In this document: one piece after another, positions 40,734 through 50,557 of the stretch
Numbering within the stretch: position 1 is the stretch's first letter
How the letters are laid out: the number at the start of each line of letters is the position of its first letter
Origin: Candidatus Poribacteria bacterium
GTDB taxonomy: Bacteria; Poribacteria; WGA-4E; PCPOR2b
Assembly: GCA_965215015.1 (NCBI GenBank)
Contig: OZ244042.1
Span: 160,001 to 224,000, forward strand
DNA: 64,000 nucleotides
Direction: 5' to 3'
The notes under the pieces: generated by a model
The model's database searches: none
What the model was told of the DNA's origin: nothing
What the model saw: the letters and a program-made list of their open reading frames with translations, nothing else
Made by a program: the position numbers and the translations under genes

Positions 40734-42111
40734 ATCGGATACAATTGCAGCGATTGCAACACCACGGGGAGAAGGGGGGGTCGGTATTGTCCGTGTGAGC
40801 GGCAGCCTCGCTATTCCCATTGCCTCCCAGATTTTTCGTTCGCCATGCCACATTTCCCCAGCAGAGCTGCCGAGCCACACGCTGAATTATGGACATGTTG
40901 TCCAATCATCATCGGGAAAGGTTATTGATGAAGTAATGCTCGGTATCATGCGGGCCCCAAAATCGTATACAGCGGAGGATGTCGTTGAATTTAACTGTCA
41001 CGGTGGTATTGTACCCCTCAGAGGTGTGCTTGAGCTCACATTGAAAGCCGGAGCGCGTCTCGCAACGCCGGGCGAATTTACCAAACGCGCTTTTCTCAAC
41101 GGGCGGATAGACTTAGCGCAAGCAGAAGCAGTCGTAGATCTCATTCGTTCAAAAACTGACCTCACCCGTCAGATTGCAATAGACCAGTTGTCTGGAAACC
41201 TATCCCAAACGATTAACACACTCAACAATCGGCTTGCGAATCTGCTAGCGGAAGTCGAGGCGTCTATCGATTTTCCTGAAGAAGAACTCGATTTCATGGA
41301 TTTAGCGGTGATGAGGCAAACCGCCCAAGACATCCTTGATGACTTGGACCGGTTGACTGCAACTGCATCGGACGGTAAACTCCTGCGCGAAGGTCTCAAC
41401 ATTGCAATACTCGGACGACCAAACGTCGGGAAATCAAGTTTGCTAAACACGTTGTTGCAGGAAGATCGAGCGATAGTCACGGAAATACCGGGGACGACAC
41501 GGGATACAATCGAAGCACCACTAGACCTCGGTGGGATTCCGATCAAGTTGATAGACACCGCCGGGATACATCAAACAACAGATATTGTTGAACAGCAAGG
41601 AGTCGCGCGGAGTAAAGCCTATCTTGACCGCGCTGATTTGCTTTTAATCATGTTTGATTCATCTCGCTCATTAACTAGAGAAGATCGAGAACTGCTCCAC
41701 GCGGCGAAAGTCCGCAAATCAATTCTCATTCTGAACAAAGTTGACCTCCCTATTGTAACAACTCCCGCAGACCTATACACCCATTCACCTCAGAAGCCGG
41801 TGGTTCAGACCTCTCTCCTCAATAGCAAAGGAGTCGAAGAGTTGAAATCCGCGGTTCATCAAGAGATTCTTGAAGGAGATGCAATATGGGGTGATTCTCC
41901 AATTGTTACAAACGTCCGTCACCACGATGCGTTGCGTCGAGGAACGCTCGCGCTGGGTCATGCAATAGAGAGCTTTACCCAACAGATGCCTCCAGATCTT
42001 GTGGCAGTAGATCTGCGCAGCAGTTTGGATTGTCTCGGCGAAATTGTTGGCAAAACAACGACAGAAGATATTTTGGGCAGAATTTTCTCCCAATTCTGTG
42101 TAGGTAAGTGA
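40726..42111 (+). CDS. mnmE: tRNA modification GTPase MnmE
   Basis: DTIAAIATP, GRPNVGKSSL, PGTTRD, DTAG, NKVD, FSQFCVGK. Confidence 0.97.
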   Translation: MIESDTIAAIATPRGEGGVGIVRVSGSLAIPIASQIFRSPCHISPAELPSHTLNYGHVVQSSSGKVIDEVMLGIMRAPKSYTAEDVVEFNCHGGIVPLRGVLELTLKAGARLATPGEFTKRAFLNGRIDLAQAEAVVDLIRSKTDLTRQIAIDQLSGNLSQTINTLNNRLANLLAEVEASIDFPEEELDFMDLAVMRQTAQDILDDLDRLTATASDGKLLREGLNIAILGRPNVGKSSLLNTLLQEDRAIVTEIPGTTRDTIEAPLDLGGIPIKLIDTAGIHQTTDIVEQQGVARSKAYLDRADLLLIMFDSSRSLTREDRELLHAAKVRKSILILNKVDLPIVTTPADLYTHSPQKPVVQTSLLNSKGVEELKSAVHQEILEGDAIWGDSPIVTNVRHHDALRRGTLALGHAIESFTQQMPPDLVAVDLRSSLDCLGEIVGKTTTEDILGRIFSQFCVGK

Positions 42112-42408
42112 AATAAAGCGATGGTACTAACCATACTGCAAGTCCTCATGATAGGCATCGAACTACACTCTCTGAAAATAACCTAAGTGTTACCTACCCT
42201 ATAACAGCGTTGTTACTTGTTGTTCTCCTGCCAGCCTGAAACGTAATGCGTAAGCCGTTCATTATGGGCACGGGTTCATTGGTGGATTGATTCATTCGGT
42301 CAATTGTAGTAGGTACGCTTCCCCCCGATAAATCGGGATTGAGAAACGTGCCATCAGTTGCATAGGAGTTACGGCATACGGAGTATGCCGTAACCTGTAC
42401 ACATACCC

Positions 42409-42506
42409 GTAGGTCGAGCATCTTGCCCAGTCTGTAATCTTTAGTTCATAGTAGCGCAATTCATTGCGCGTGAAAGTAGATCGGGTCTCTTGCCCAGCCT
42501 ATAACC
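42409..42506. repeat. GTAG-hairpin 36-bp insert flanked by a diverged 31-bp duplication
   Basis: gtaggtcgagcatcttgcccagtctgtaatc (42409-42439) and gtagatcgggtctcttgcccagcctataacc (42476-42506), 7 mismatches. Confidence 0.7.
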
Positions 42507-42777
42507 CCGTATAGAAACTCGACCTACAGGCTCTCTAGCAACTTGCGTTAGTATAATGGAATTAAAGTGCCGAGATGGAAGCCGAAGCGGGTGGGAGACC
42601 CAACCCCTACCCGTTGAGGGAGATTGAGGGATACACCCACCAGGGCCTATTTATGAGCACCCTTTAAATAATTAGCAACTAATTTGCAATACAAATTACA
42701 CTTTTTTTGAGATCTATTCGTTTAAAATATTGATGGATTTGTTTGAGGCTTTAATTTTTATCAGAATCTTCCGATCT

Positions 42778-43072
42778 AAAACCCCCTCTCTTCAGACGGG
42801 GATAGAGATTGGCGACGAGTAAGACCTGCTCGGCTTGCGGGACCGTCAATGAAACCTTGAATCTGCGAGATAGGACGGGGCAATGTCCAAGCTGCCATAC
42901 ACAGTTAGATAGAGACCGCAACGCCACGGTTAATATCTATCGGGTTGGAGCGTCACCCCTTGCTGGAGAAAGGGCAAACCCATCTGCCGATGGCTCACTT
43001 CGTTGAGTGCACAATTCCAATCCTAAAGGGATAGTGAAGAATCCAAACCCTGTAGGTGTAGGAGTACGTCAA
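42778..43072 (+). mobile_element. tnpB: IS200/IS605 remnant: TnpB C-terminal Zn-ribbon fragment plus right end
   Basis: TSKTCSACG...CPSCHTQLDRDRNATVNI (42809-43006), followed by a terminal ...GGAGTACGTCAA. Confidence 0.8.
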
Positions 43073-43102
43073 CCCTAAATTCCTTACAAAGGAGAAAAAC
43101 CA

Positions 43103-43999
43103 ATGTTAAATTCTGTTTGGAGACAAAGACAATATATCGCACTTGCTACCTTGCTACTGGTTGTTGTTGCGAGTCCGATAGTGCTGGCAGCGGAGAAGAT
43201 TCAGTGGGAGGAGTCAATCGAGAAAGGATTGGCAGAAGCTAAAAAAACAGGCAAACCAGTCATGATGGATTTCTACACCGAATGGTGAGGTTGGTGTAAG
43301 CGGCTGGATGCCGATACATTTACAGATCCAAAAATCGTTGCGCTCTCGAAAAAATTTGTTAACCTCAAGGTCAATCCCGAAGATACAGACCACCCTGAAA
43401 ATGAGGAGGCCCGCATCAAGTACGGCGTGAGTGGGTATCCTGTGGTTGTGTTTCTCAGTGCTGAAGGGGATTTGATCCGTCTCAACCCCGGTTATAGTCC
43501 GCCGGAGGAATTTTTTGGGGTGATGGAAAGTATCTCCAAAGAGGAAGAGGCGTTTAATAAATTAAAAGTAGCGATTCAGAAGAATCCAGATGATTCAAAG
43601 GCTAATGCCGAACTTGCACTGATTTACATCAACCGCGGCAAACTGGAACAGGGGAAACCCCTATTCGATAAGGTTGTAAAAAAGGACCCAAATAACGAGA
43701 CGGGGCTTTTACCGGAATTGTATGTGAATCTTGCGCTCCATTATGGACTGAACGCTACTGGTGATAATGAGAAGGACTATTTCCAGAAGGCGGAAGAGCT
43801 TTTCCAAAAGGTCATCGACACCTATCCGGACAGCAAATTTTATGAAGACGCACAGTATTATTTGGGGGTTACCTACGCGGTTCAAGAGAAATTTGAGTCG
43901 GCAATTGCAATACTTGAGAAGTTAAGGGACGCCAAAAATGAAGAGATTCGACGGGAGGCAGCAACTTGGCTGGAGCGTCTCGAAAGCTCGATGAGGTAA
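43103..43999 (+). CDS. Exported thioredoxin-like/TPR protein with in-frame UGA (probable selenocysteine, UxxC)
   Basis: ORFs 43103-43288 and 43427-43999 share a frame; reading through TGA 43286-43288 gives KPVMMDFYTEW-U-GWCKRLD...YGVSGYPVVVFL plus TPR helices, 298 aa. Confidence 0.85.
43295..43318 (+). promoter_or_regulatory. Candidate bacterial SECIS hairpin
   Basis: TGTA-ag-CGGC[TGGAT]GCCG-a-TACA; the loop begins 17 nt after UGA and has G at its second position. Confidence 0.65.
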
Positions 44000-44109
44000 T
44001 GAGTTATCAATTGTGCCGTGACAAATTCTGTCGTTGGTGGATTGGATAAATTCGAGAACCTGTCAATTTGCGTGTGACGGTGCAGTTATAATCTTGAGCA
44101 CATTTACCA

Positions 44110-44149
44110 GAAAAGCCCATATCCAATGAGAATTGGTGTGGGCTTTTTT
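44110..44149 (+). terminator. Rho-independent terminator
   Basis: AAAAGCCCATATCCAAT-gaga-ATTGGTGTGGGCTTTTTT. Confidence 0.75.
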
Positions 44150-44321
44150 ATTATTACTGGGAATAGAATCCTGCTAGCTAGAGGCACACGCGTATGTTGC
44201 AGAAGTTGCTATAATCACCGCTTGTCAACCCAGATCGCTTCATGCTATAATACCGCTCAATCCAATGCTCTAAAAAGAGATTTTACCGGCTCCCACAACT
44301 TCCCACTTTCAGGGATGGTCA

Positions 44322-45836
44322 GTGATGAACACTTCTACCAAACTATGGGGCGGGCGATTTCGCTCCGAGTTGTCAACTGAAACCGAGGACTTTACACAAT
44401 CCATTGAGATCGATTCACGCCTAGTTGCACATGACATCTGGGGCAGTCAGGCACACGCAATTATGTTGGCTCGGCAGGGTATCATTTCTGATGACGATCT
44501 TCAGCAAATCCTGTATTGGTTGAGCAAGGTGGAATCGGATTTTCGCGAGGGGAAGTTTGTTCTCAAACCTGAAAAGGAAGATGTCCACATGAATGTGGAG
44601 TCCTACCTCATTGAAGGTGCAGGAAGTGAGTATGGCGGAAAACTTCACACCGCCCGCTCTCGGAATGATCAGGTCCTTGTTGATGCACATCTCTATGTTC
44701 GTGAACAACTCCTCGACACACAGCAGGGCGTATCACGTTTGTGCCGGGCGTTTCTCTCTATCGCACGGGAACATACGGAAACAGTGATGCCGGGCTATAC
44801 ACACACACAGCACGCACAGCCAATCAGCCTCGGGTTTTGGGCAACAGCCTATGTCAGCATGTTCCTCCGCGATCAGAAGCGGTTGGTCGCTGCTTACGAA
44901 CTGGTAAATCTCAATCCGCTCGGGGCTTGCGCGCTTGCAGGAACCTCCTTTTCAATCAATCGGGGTTTGACAACCCAGTTGCTCGGCTTCGATGGGCCCC
45001 ATGAACATGCGTTGGACGTAATTAGCTCCCGCGATTTTATCGCTGAACCCCTTTTCGCGCTGACGCTGCTGATGGCTACCCTTTCAAGGCTCGGTGAAGA
45101 GATTGTTTACTGGACAGCTTATGAGTTTAATATTGCAACGCTCGCTGATGCGTATGCGACGGGCAGCTCGATCATGCCCCAAAAAAAGAACGCCGATATC
45201 GCAGAATTGACACGCGGACGGACAGGACGGGTTTATGCAGCCCTTATGGACCTATTGACGAATCTCAAAGGACTGCCTACGGGATATAATCGCGATCTCC
45301 AAGAGGATAAACCCCCCCTGTGGGGCGCGTTTGATGTTACTCAATCTTGTTTGGAAATTTTGCCCGGCCTGCTTGAGACACTCGACTTCAACACAGATCG
45401 GTTGGAACTGCTCGCCAACGCTAACTTTGCAACAGCAACGGAGCTCGCCAATTTCCTTGTTAGTGAACAGGGACTGCCTTTCCGAAAATGTCATGAGATA
45501 GTTGGGAGTGTTGTGGGAGGTCTAGCGAAACAGGGGAAAACCTTTGGAGATTGGGAGGAAACGCAAGAACTGTTACACGCTGAGGGTATTAATCTATCTA
45601 TCCCTCAACTCCAATCCATTCTCGATCCGAAACTTTCTCTCCACAGGAACCGAAGCCTTGGAGGGACATCGCCCACAGAGGTGAAGCGGATGGTGGAAGA
45701 ATTTGAGGAAAAGCTGAACGAAATTGACACCCAGATTGGCTCGCGGCAGGAACAGATTAATGCCGCTTACCAGAAAACGCTTCGAGTTATTGAACAGGTG
45801 CTAGACGGTAAAACGATTGCAGAGGTCAGTTTCTAA
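44322..45836 (+). CDS. argH: Argininosuccinate lyase
   Basis: KLWGGRF, EDVHMNVE, LHTARSRNDQ, MPGYTHTQHAQP, GSSIMPQKKN, YNRDLQEDK. Confidence 0.96.
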   Translation: MMNTSTKLWGGRFRSELSTETEDFTQSIEIDSRLVAHDIWGSQAHAIMLARQGIISDDDLQQILYWLSKVESDFREGKFVLKPEKEDVHMNVESYLIEGAGSEYGGKLHTARSRNDQVLVDAHLYVREQLLDTQQGVSRLCRAFLSIAREHTETVMPGYTHTQHAQPISLGFWATAYVSMFLRDQKRLVAAYELVNLNPLGACALAGTSFSINRGLTTQLLGFDGPHEHALDVISSRDFIAEPLFALTLLMATLSRLGEEIVYWTAYEFNIATLADAYATGSSIMPQKKNADIAELTRGRTGRVYAALMDLLTNLKGLPTGYNRDLQEDKPPLWGAFDVTQSCLEILPGLLETLDFNTDRLELLANANFATATELANFLVSEQGLPFRKCHEIVGSVVGGLAKQGKTFGDWEETQELLHAEGINLSIPQLQSILDPKLSLHRNRSLGGTSPTEVKRMVEEFEEKLNEIDTQIGSRQEQINAAYQKTLRVIEQVLDGKTIAEVSF

Positions 45837-45852
45837 TTAAGGAAGGGAAAAA

Positions 45853-47382
45853 ATGAGGATTGGGATTGCCGGTCTCCATCATGAGACCAACACCTTTGCT
45901 TTGGAACAAAACGATACCATGGATACTGTCCATATCCAGCGTGAGGAGGCTTTGCTTGCTGCACACCCTAAGAATTTTATCGGCGGCTTTGTGGAGGGTG
46001 TCAAGCGATCCGATGTAGAACTGGTTCCCACTGTCGGAATTGGCTTCGCCCACGGGGGCATCATCCATGCCGAAGTTTACCAGCACTGTCGTGATATGAT
46101 TGTGACAGGTTTGCAGGAGGCGGAACCACTGGATGGCGTCTATTTTGCCCTTCATGGAGCGATGGTCGCAGAAACGCCCTATACCGATGCCGAGGGCGAA
46201 TTGGTGAAGGAAGCGCGGCGGGCCTTGGGGGATATCCCTATGGTTGGCACTTACGACTTTCACGCTATCATGAGCGACAAGGAGGTCGAGACGCTGGTCC
46301 CGTTCCCTAATAACACCAATCCCCATATTGATGGCTACGAGCGCGGATTGGAGGCGGCGGAGTGTCTGCTTCAGATGTTAGATGGAAAAATCAATCCAGT
46401 CACTCAGCGGGTGTTTGTGCCAATCATTGGTCCCAATATCGGTCAGAGCACTTGGTCACATCTGCCGGAGGAGGAGCAGGGACTGCTCCTCTATCAGTTG
46501 AACGAAAAACGGGCGGAGATGGAAAAGACTCCCAAGGTTATCAATATCACCATTCTCGGCGGATACGGGTACGGTGATTCCCCGGATGCGGGTATGTCAG
46601 TCATAGCGACAACTGATGGCGATCCGGAACTCGCCAAGCGACTGGCGCAAGAGTTGGCTGAGGACCTATGGGATCAACGGGAACGACTGAAGACGGTGCG
46701 ACCGATACAGCCCATTGATGAAGGTGTGAAAATGGCGATGGCTGATCCGCGAAAGCCAACTCTCTTGGTAGATTTAGGGGATGATCCCGGCAGTGCCTGC
46801 CCTGCTGATAGTCCGGCAGTGTTGGAAAGCCTCCTCCGTTGTGGGGCACAGGATTGCGCGCTCACTATCCGAGACGCAGAAGTGGTGCGCGCCGGCATAG
46901 CAGCCGGAGTAGGCGCAAATCTCAACATCACAGTGGGAGGCGAGATTGATCAACGCTTCTACCAACCACTAAAAATAACAGGTCAGGTCAAGTCCATTGA
47001 CGATGGCAGGTACATGATCTGCGGGCCCACCCATGGCGGTTGGGGTCGTGAAGTCAATAAGGAATCATTTCGTGAGGCGAATGTGGGTAAGCGAGTGGTG
47101 CTGCGCATCGGAAATAAAATTGACGTCATCTTCTCCCAACGGCGGACCGGCAAAGACCGAGATTTTTTTAAGAGTGCCGGTATCCTCTTGGAGGAGAAAC
47201 AGATTCTCGTTGTCAAATCTAATCAGGCACATCGTGCCTCCTTTGATCCGGTCGTTGCTGGCACCATCGAATTAGACACCCCTGGCGTCAGCACTGTGAA
47301 CTACGCTGCTCTTCCCTATCGCTATCTATGCCGCCCGATTTGGCCTATTGATGAGGAGATAGATTGGATAGCTTCTGCGTAA
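45853..47382 (+). CDS. M81 family metallopeptidase (MlrC-like)
   Basis: HETNTF, LHGAMV, DFHA, PHID, D.GDDPGS, VVKS..HRA. Confidence 0.88.
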   Translation: MRIGIAGLHHETNTFALEQNDTMDTVHIQREEALLAAHPKNFIGGFVEGVKRSDVELVPTVGIGFAHGGIIHAEVYQHCRDMIVTGLQEAEPLDGVYFALHGAMVAETPYTDAEGELVKEARRALGDIPMVGTYDFHAIMSDKEVETLVPFPNNTNPHIDGYERGLEAAECLLQMLDGKINPVTQRVFVPIIGPNIGQSTWSHLPEEEQGLLLYQLNEKRAEMEKTPKVINITILGGYGYGDSPDAGMSVIATTDGDPELAKRLAQELAEDLWDQRERLKTVRPIQPIDEGVKMAMADPRKPTLLVDLGDDPGSACPADSPAVLESLLRCGAQDCALTIRDAEVVRAGIAAGVGANLNITVGGEIDQRFYQPLKITGQVKSIDDGRYMICGPTHGGWGREVNKESFREANVGKRVVLRIGNKIDVIFSQRRTGKDRDFFKSAGILLEEKQILVVKSNQAHRASFDPVVAGTIELDTPGVSTVNYAALPYRYLCRPIWPIDEEIDWIASA

Positions 47383-47557
47383 CGTCTAGGGAGAATTTGC
47401 TATTATTCAATCCATTCAATCAGCTCTGTTTGCTGTGTCAAGAACACAACTCGGAATTTGTACTTTTGCGATGTCAATTTTCAGTTCCGGTACTGATGCT
47501 AACAGGTTAGTTGTCGTACGGAACGTAAACCTTTCCAATCAGAACAGGAGATTGTTG

Positions 47558-48385
47558 ATGGAACAGCAACCACGACAGAAATATCAACTCACCCTTGATC
47601 AGCGGCACTTCTTTGGAACACAAGGTTATCTGAAAGTTGAAGGGCTGCTGAGTAAAGAAGATCTTCGTGAACTCGATCGCCACTCGATGGATATGGCGAT
47701 GGGGAAGGTTGACTTCAGCCAACTGGAAGGGATTATGCCCAGAAATGAGGGAGATACCCCCACGGATATGGAGGATAAGTATTTCCGATTCATCCAATTT
47801 CACCGTCATCTGGAAATCCATGAACGGTTTATACTACACCTCCGCATCCTTGATGTGCTTGAGACCTTGATCGGCCCCGATGTCATGGCAATGCAGTCAA
47901 TGCTTTTCCTTAAGCCGCCGCAGAAATCCGGTCAAGCTTATCATCAGGATTCTTTTTATATAAAAACTGCTCCGGATACGCTGTGCGGAGCTTGGATAGC
48001 CATTGATGATTGTGATCAGGAGAACGGCTGCATGTATGTTGTTCCCGGCTCCCACTTACACCCAATTTATGAGGAGGTGGCACTGCCGGACAATACCGAC
48101 GATTTTCAGGAAAGGTTGACCGAAATTGTAGGGGTGGAGGAACGCAGCGAGGTAGCGGCAACTGCCAAGGCCGGAGATGTCATATTCTTCCATGGTCATC
48201 TTATCCATAGATCTAAGCAGAATCGATCAAAAGACCGATTTCGGCGGGCCTACGTCTGCCACTATGCTAACGCCCGATCCTATACCGAATGGGGCGACGG
48301 CAATCAGAATCATATTCTTGCTCGCGGGGCGACGCATTTGCCGTTTGCGACACCTCGTTTTGTTACGCATGATCCGCTTGGATAA
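47558..48385 (+). CDS. Phytanoyl-CoA dioxygenase (PhyH) family protein
   Basis: HQD, AWIAIDD...NGC..VVPGSH, GDVIFFHGHLIHRS..N. Confidence 0.9.
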   Translation: MEQQPRQKYQLTLDQRHFFGTQGYLKVEGLLSKEDLRELDRHSMDMAMGKVDFSQLEGIMPRNEGDTPTDMEDKYFRFIQFHRHLEIHERFILHLRILDVLETLIGPDVMAMQSMLFLKPPQKSGQAYHQDSFYIKTAPDTLCGAWIAIDDCDQENGCMYVVPGSHLHPIYEEVALPDNTDDFQERLTEIVGVEERSEVAATAKAGDVIFFHGHLIHRSKQNRSKDRFRRAYVCHYANARSYTEWGDGNQNHILARGATHLPFATPRFVTHDPLG

Positions 48386-48536
48386 CGTTCCAATTCGGTT
48401 TTTGGTGGATCTTCCAAAATAGTGGGCACGCTCCGTCCTACCAGCCTATGCATAATGGTTACGGTATACAGATACCTACTACTAGCAACTTAAGCTATAT
48501 CAATTGGTTGCGTTGAAATTCGGAAAGGAGATTTCG

Positions 48537-49388
48537 ATGAAAAATCAAGATTTCAAACTGACGGATCAACAGATCAATTTCTTTCAGACCTTTGGCTATC
48601 TGAGTTTTCCTGGACTTCTAGCAGACCGTAGTGAGGAAACCATCAAGGCCTTTGAAGCGGTTTGGACGGAACGTGGGGGAGGCCATAACGGAAAACCCCA
48701 CGAGGGGACAGCGCGCTCCTGTATCGTTCCATTCATCGATCAGAGCGAATATTTATCGTCTCTGTTGGACGACCCCCATATATTGGGGATAGCGACCACG
48801 ATTCTCGGCGACAACTTCAACTATATGGGTAGTGATGGGAACTACTACGTTGGAGATACGCGTTGGCACTCCGATGGAGGACACAAGCCGGAGGACCCTA
48901 CCCACATCAAAATCGCGTTTTACCTCGATCATTTAACCCGTGATACCGGTGCCCTGCGGGTCATCCCCGGCAGCCATCTATTTGGGGATGGTTATGCGGA
49001 TCGGCTTCAGGAGGAAATTCGGGCAAGCGAAGCAGAATGGGGTGTCCAGGGCAAGGATGTACCGGCAATCGCATTTGAGACACAGCCGGGGGATGTGGTG
49101 TGCTTCAATCACAATACCAAGCATGCTGCGTTTGGCGGGGGCACACGCCGGCGGATGTTTACGATGAACCTTTGTGAACGCTATCCTGAGGACCGTTTGG
49201 AAGATTTACGCGCCTACATCGGCAACTCGGCGCGTTTCTGGATTGATCGTAAATATGGTCCAAAGATGATCGCTACTGCGGGAGCGGAGCGGATGGGGCA
49301 CCTAGAACAGGTAATGGCTAACGATGGCCATCTCGCTGAGCTGTCCCGTAAAGCGCGGGAGACAATGATCGAACCTTCGCGGGGTTAA
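48537..49388 (+). CDS. Phytanoyl-CoA dioxygenase (PhyH) family protein
   Basis: FQTFGYL, WHSD, GALRVIPGSH, PGDVVCFNHNTKHA. Confidence 0.88.
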   Translation: MKNQDFKLTDQQINFFQTFGYLSFPGLLADRSEETIKAFEAVWTERGGGHNGKPHEGTARSCIVPFIDQSEYLSSLLDDPHILGIATTILGDNFNYMGSDGNYYVGDTRWHSDGGHKPEDPTHIKIAFYLDHLTRDTGALRVIPGSHLFGDGYADRLQEEIRASEAEWGVQGKDVPAIAFETQPGDVVCFNHNTKHAAFGGGTRRRMFTMNLCERYPEDRLEDLRAYIGNSARFWIDRKYGPKMIATAGAERMGHLEQVMANDGHLAELSRKARETMIEPSRG

Positions 49389-49516
49389 GTGCTGCCCTAG
49401 CGGGACTGGCTCGTGTCGTTATCCCTCATTTCACACAACTACAATTTGCGTTCAGGGGTTCAATGGACCTAATACATCCTTGAACTTCTGAACCTTTTAT
49501 CATCTGCACAGGTTAG

Positions 49517-50557
49517 CTAAAAGGTTGACTGCACCCTTTCTACCTTCCCACTCCTTGCGGACCGCTCACACGCATCCAGCACAGCGATAACCTTCGTACC
49601 CACCTCTGCGTTGATTAGCGGTTGTTTATCATGCTTGAGGCAACCTTCAAAGTGCAGCATATAACGCACAACTTCGCCGATATGTCCGACATCGGCGACT
49701 TCATCCCCCTCCATCGAAACAACCTCTTCGACAGGAATAACACTGCGATGATTATCATCGAAAATTGCATTCCCATTGACGACGCTGCCGGCTGTTCCGT
49801 AGACCGATAGTCCTAGCATTGGCATCGGCGGATGACAGAGTCCGTAAAGCCCAAGCACACGTCCGAGCCGTCCATCCTCATAGATTAGATTGACCATCCA
49901 GTTATCATTGAAATGCCCTGCGCCTGCCGGATACCGCTTATCAATTCCGCTTTCGTGGGCGATTGTATGTACAGCACTGGGGAAACCGAGGAACCAGATA
50001 ATGAGATCCATCGGATGGCACAACCCACCGTAGAGCGTTTTCTGGGGCATCTGGTGTCTCCAGGGTGTCGCTGTGAGTACGCCACGCATATCGTGCACGT
50101 AATGGGCTTCGACTGCGACGATGCTGCCAAGCCTCCCAGAATCCATTAATCGGTGCGTGTGCATGAAGTCCGCTCGAAAGCGACAGGTCTGCCCAACCAT
50201 GAGCTTCAAACCGGTTTCCCGCGTTTTCTGTAACACATGAATCGCATCAGTCAGACTGTCAACGAAGCCTTTTGTGCAAATCACATGTTTACCACAATCA
50301 AGGGCATCGAGGCAGTGCTGTGCATGAAGCGGATCTGGTGTGTAGATGCCAACCATGTCGATTTCATCTCGCTGAAGCAGCTCTCGGTAATCCATCGTCG
50401 CAAACGGGACATTATATTCCGCACGGATACCTTCAAGCCGGTTCGCATCTGTATCGCAAACTCCACGAATTTCCAGAGCGGTATCGGGAATCTGTCGAAT
50501 CCCGAACATCGACTTTCCCATTCCCAATCCAATAATACCGACGCCAATTTTTTCCAT
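49517..50557 (-). CDS. Gfo/Idh/MocA family oxidoreductase
   Basis: GVGIIGLGMG, YTPDPLH, GKHVICTK, LCHPMD. Confidence 0.9.
   Translation of the reverse strand: MEKIGVGIIGLGMGKSMFGIRQIPDTALEIRGVCDTDANRLEGIRAEYNVPFATMDYRELLQRDEIDMVGIYTPDPLHAQHCLDALDCGKHVICTKGFVDSLTDAIHVLQKTRETGLKLMVGQTCRFRADFMHTHRLMDSGRLGSIVAVEAHYVHDMRGVLTATPWRHQMPQKTLYGGLCHPMDLIIWFLGFPSAVHTIAHESGIDKRYPAGAGHFNDNWMVNLIYEDGRLGRVLGLYGLCHPPMPMLGLSVYGTAGSVVNGNAIFDDNHRSVIPVEEVVSMEGDEVADVGHIGEVVRYMLHFEGCLKHDKQPLINAEVGTKVIAVLDACERSARSGKVERVQSTF

Noticed and set aside
43103-43288. Separate 61-aa peptide or nonsense pseudogene
   Set aside because: The TGA sits at the catalytic Cys position with a SECIS-like hairpin and an intact downstream frame, so recoding fits better.
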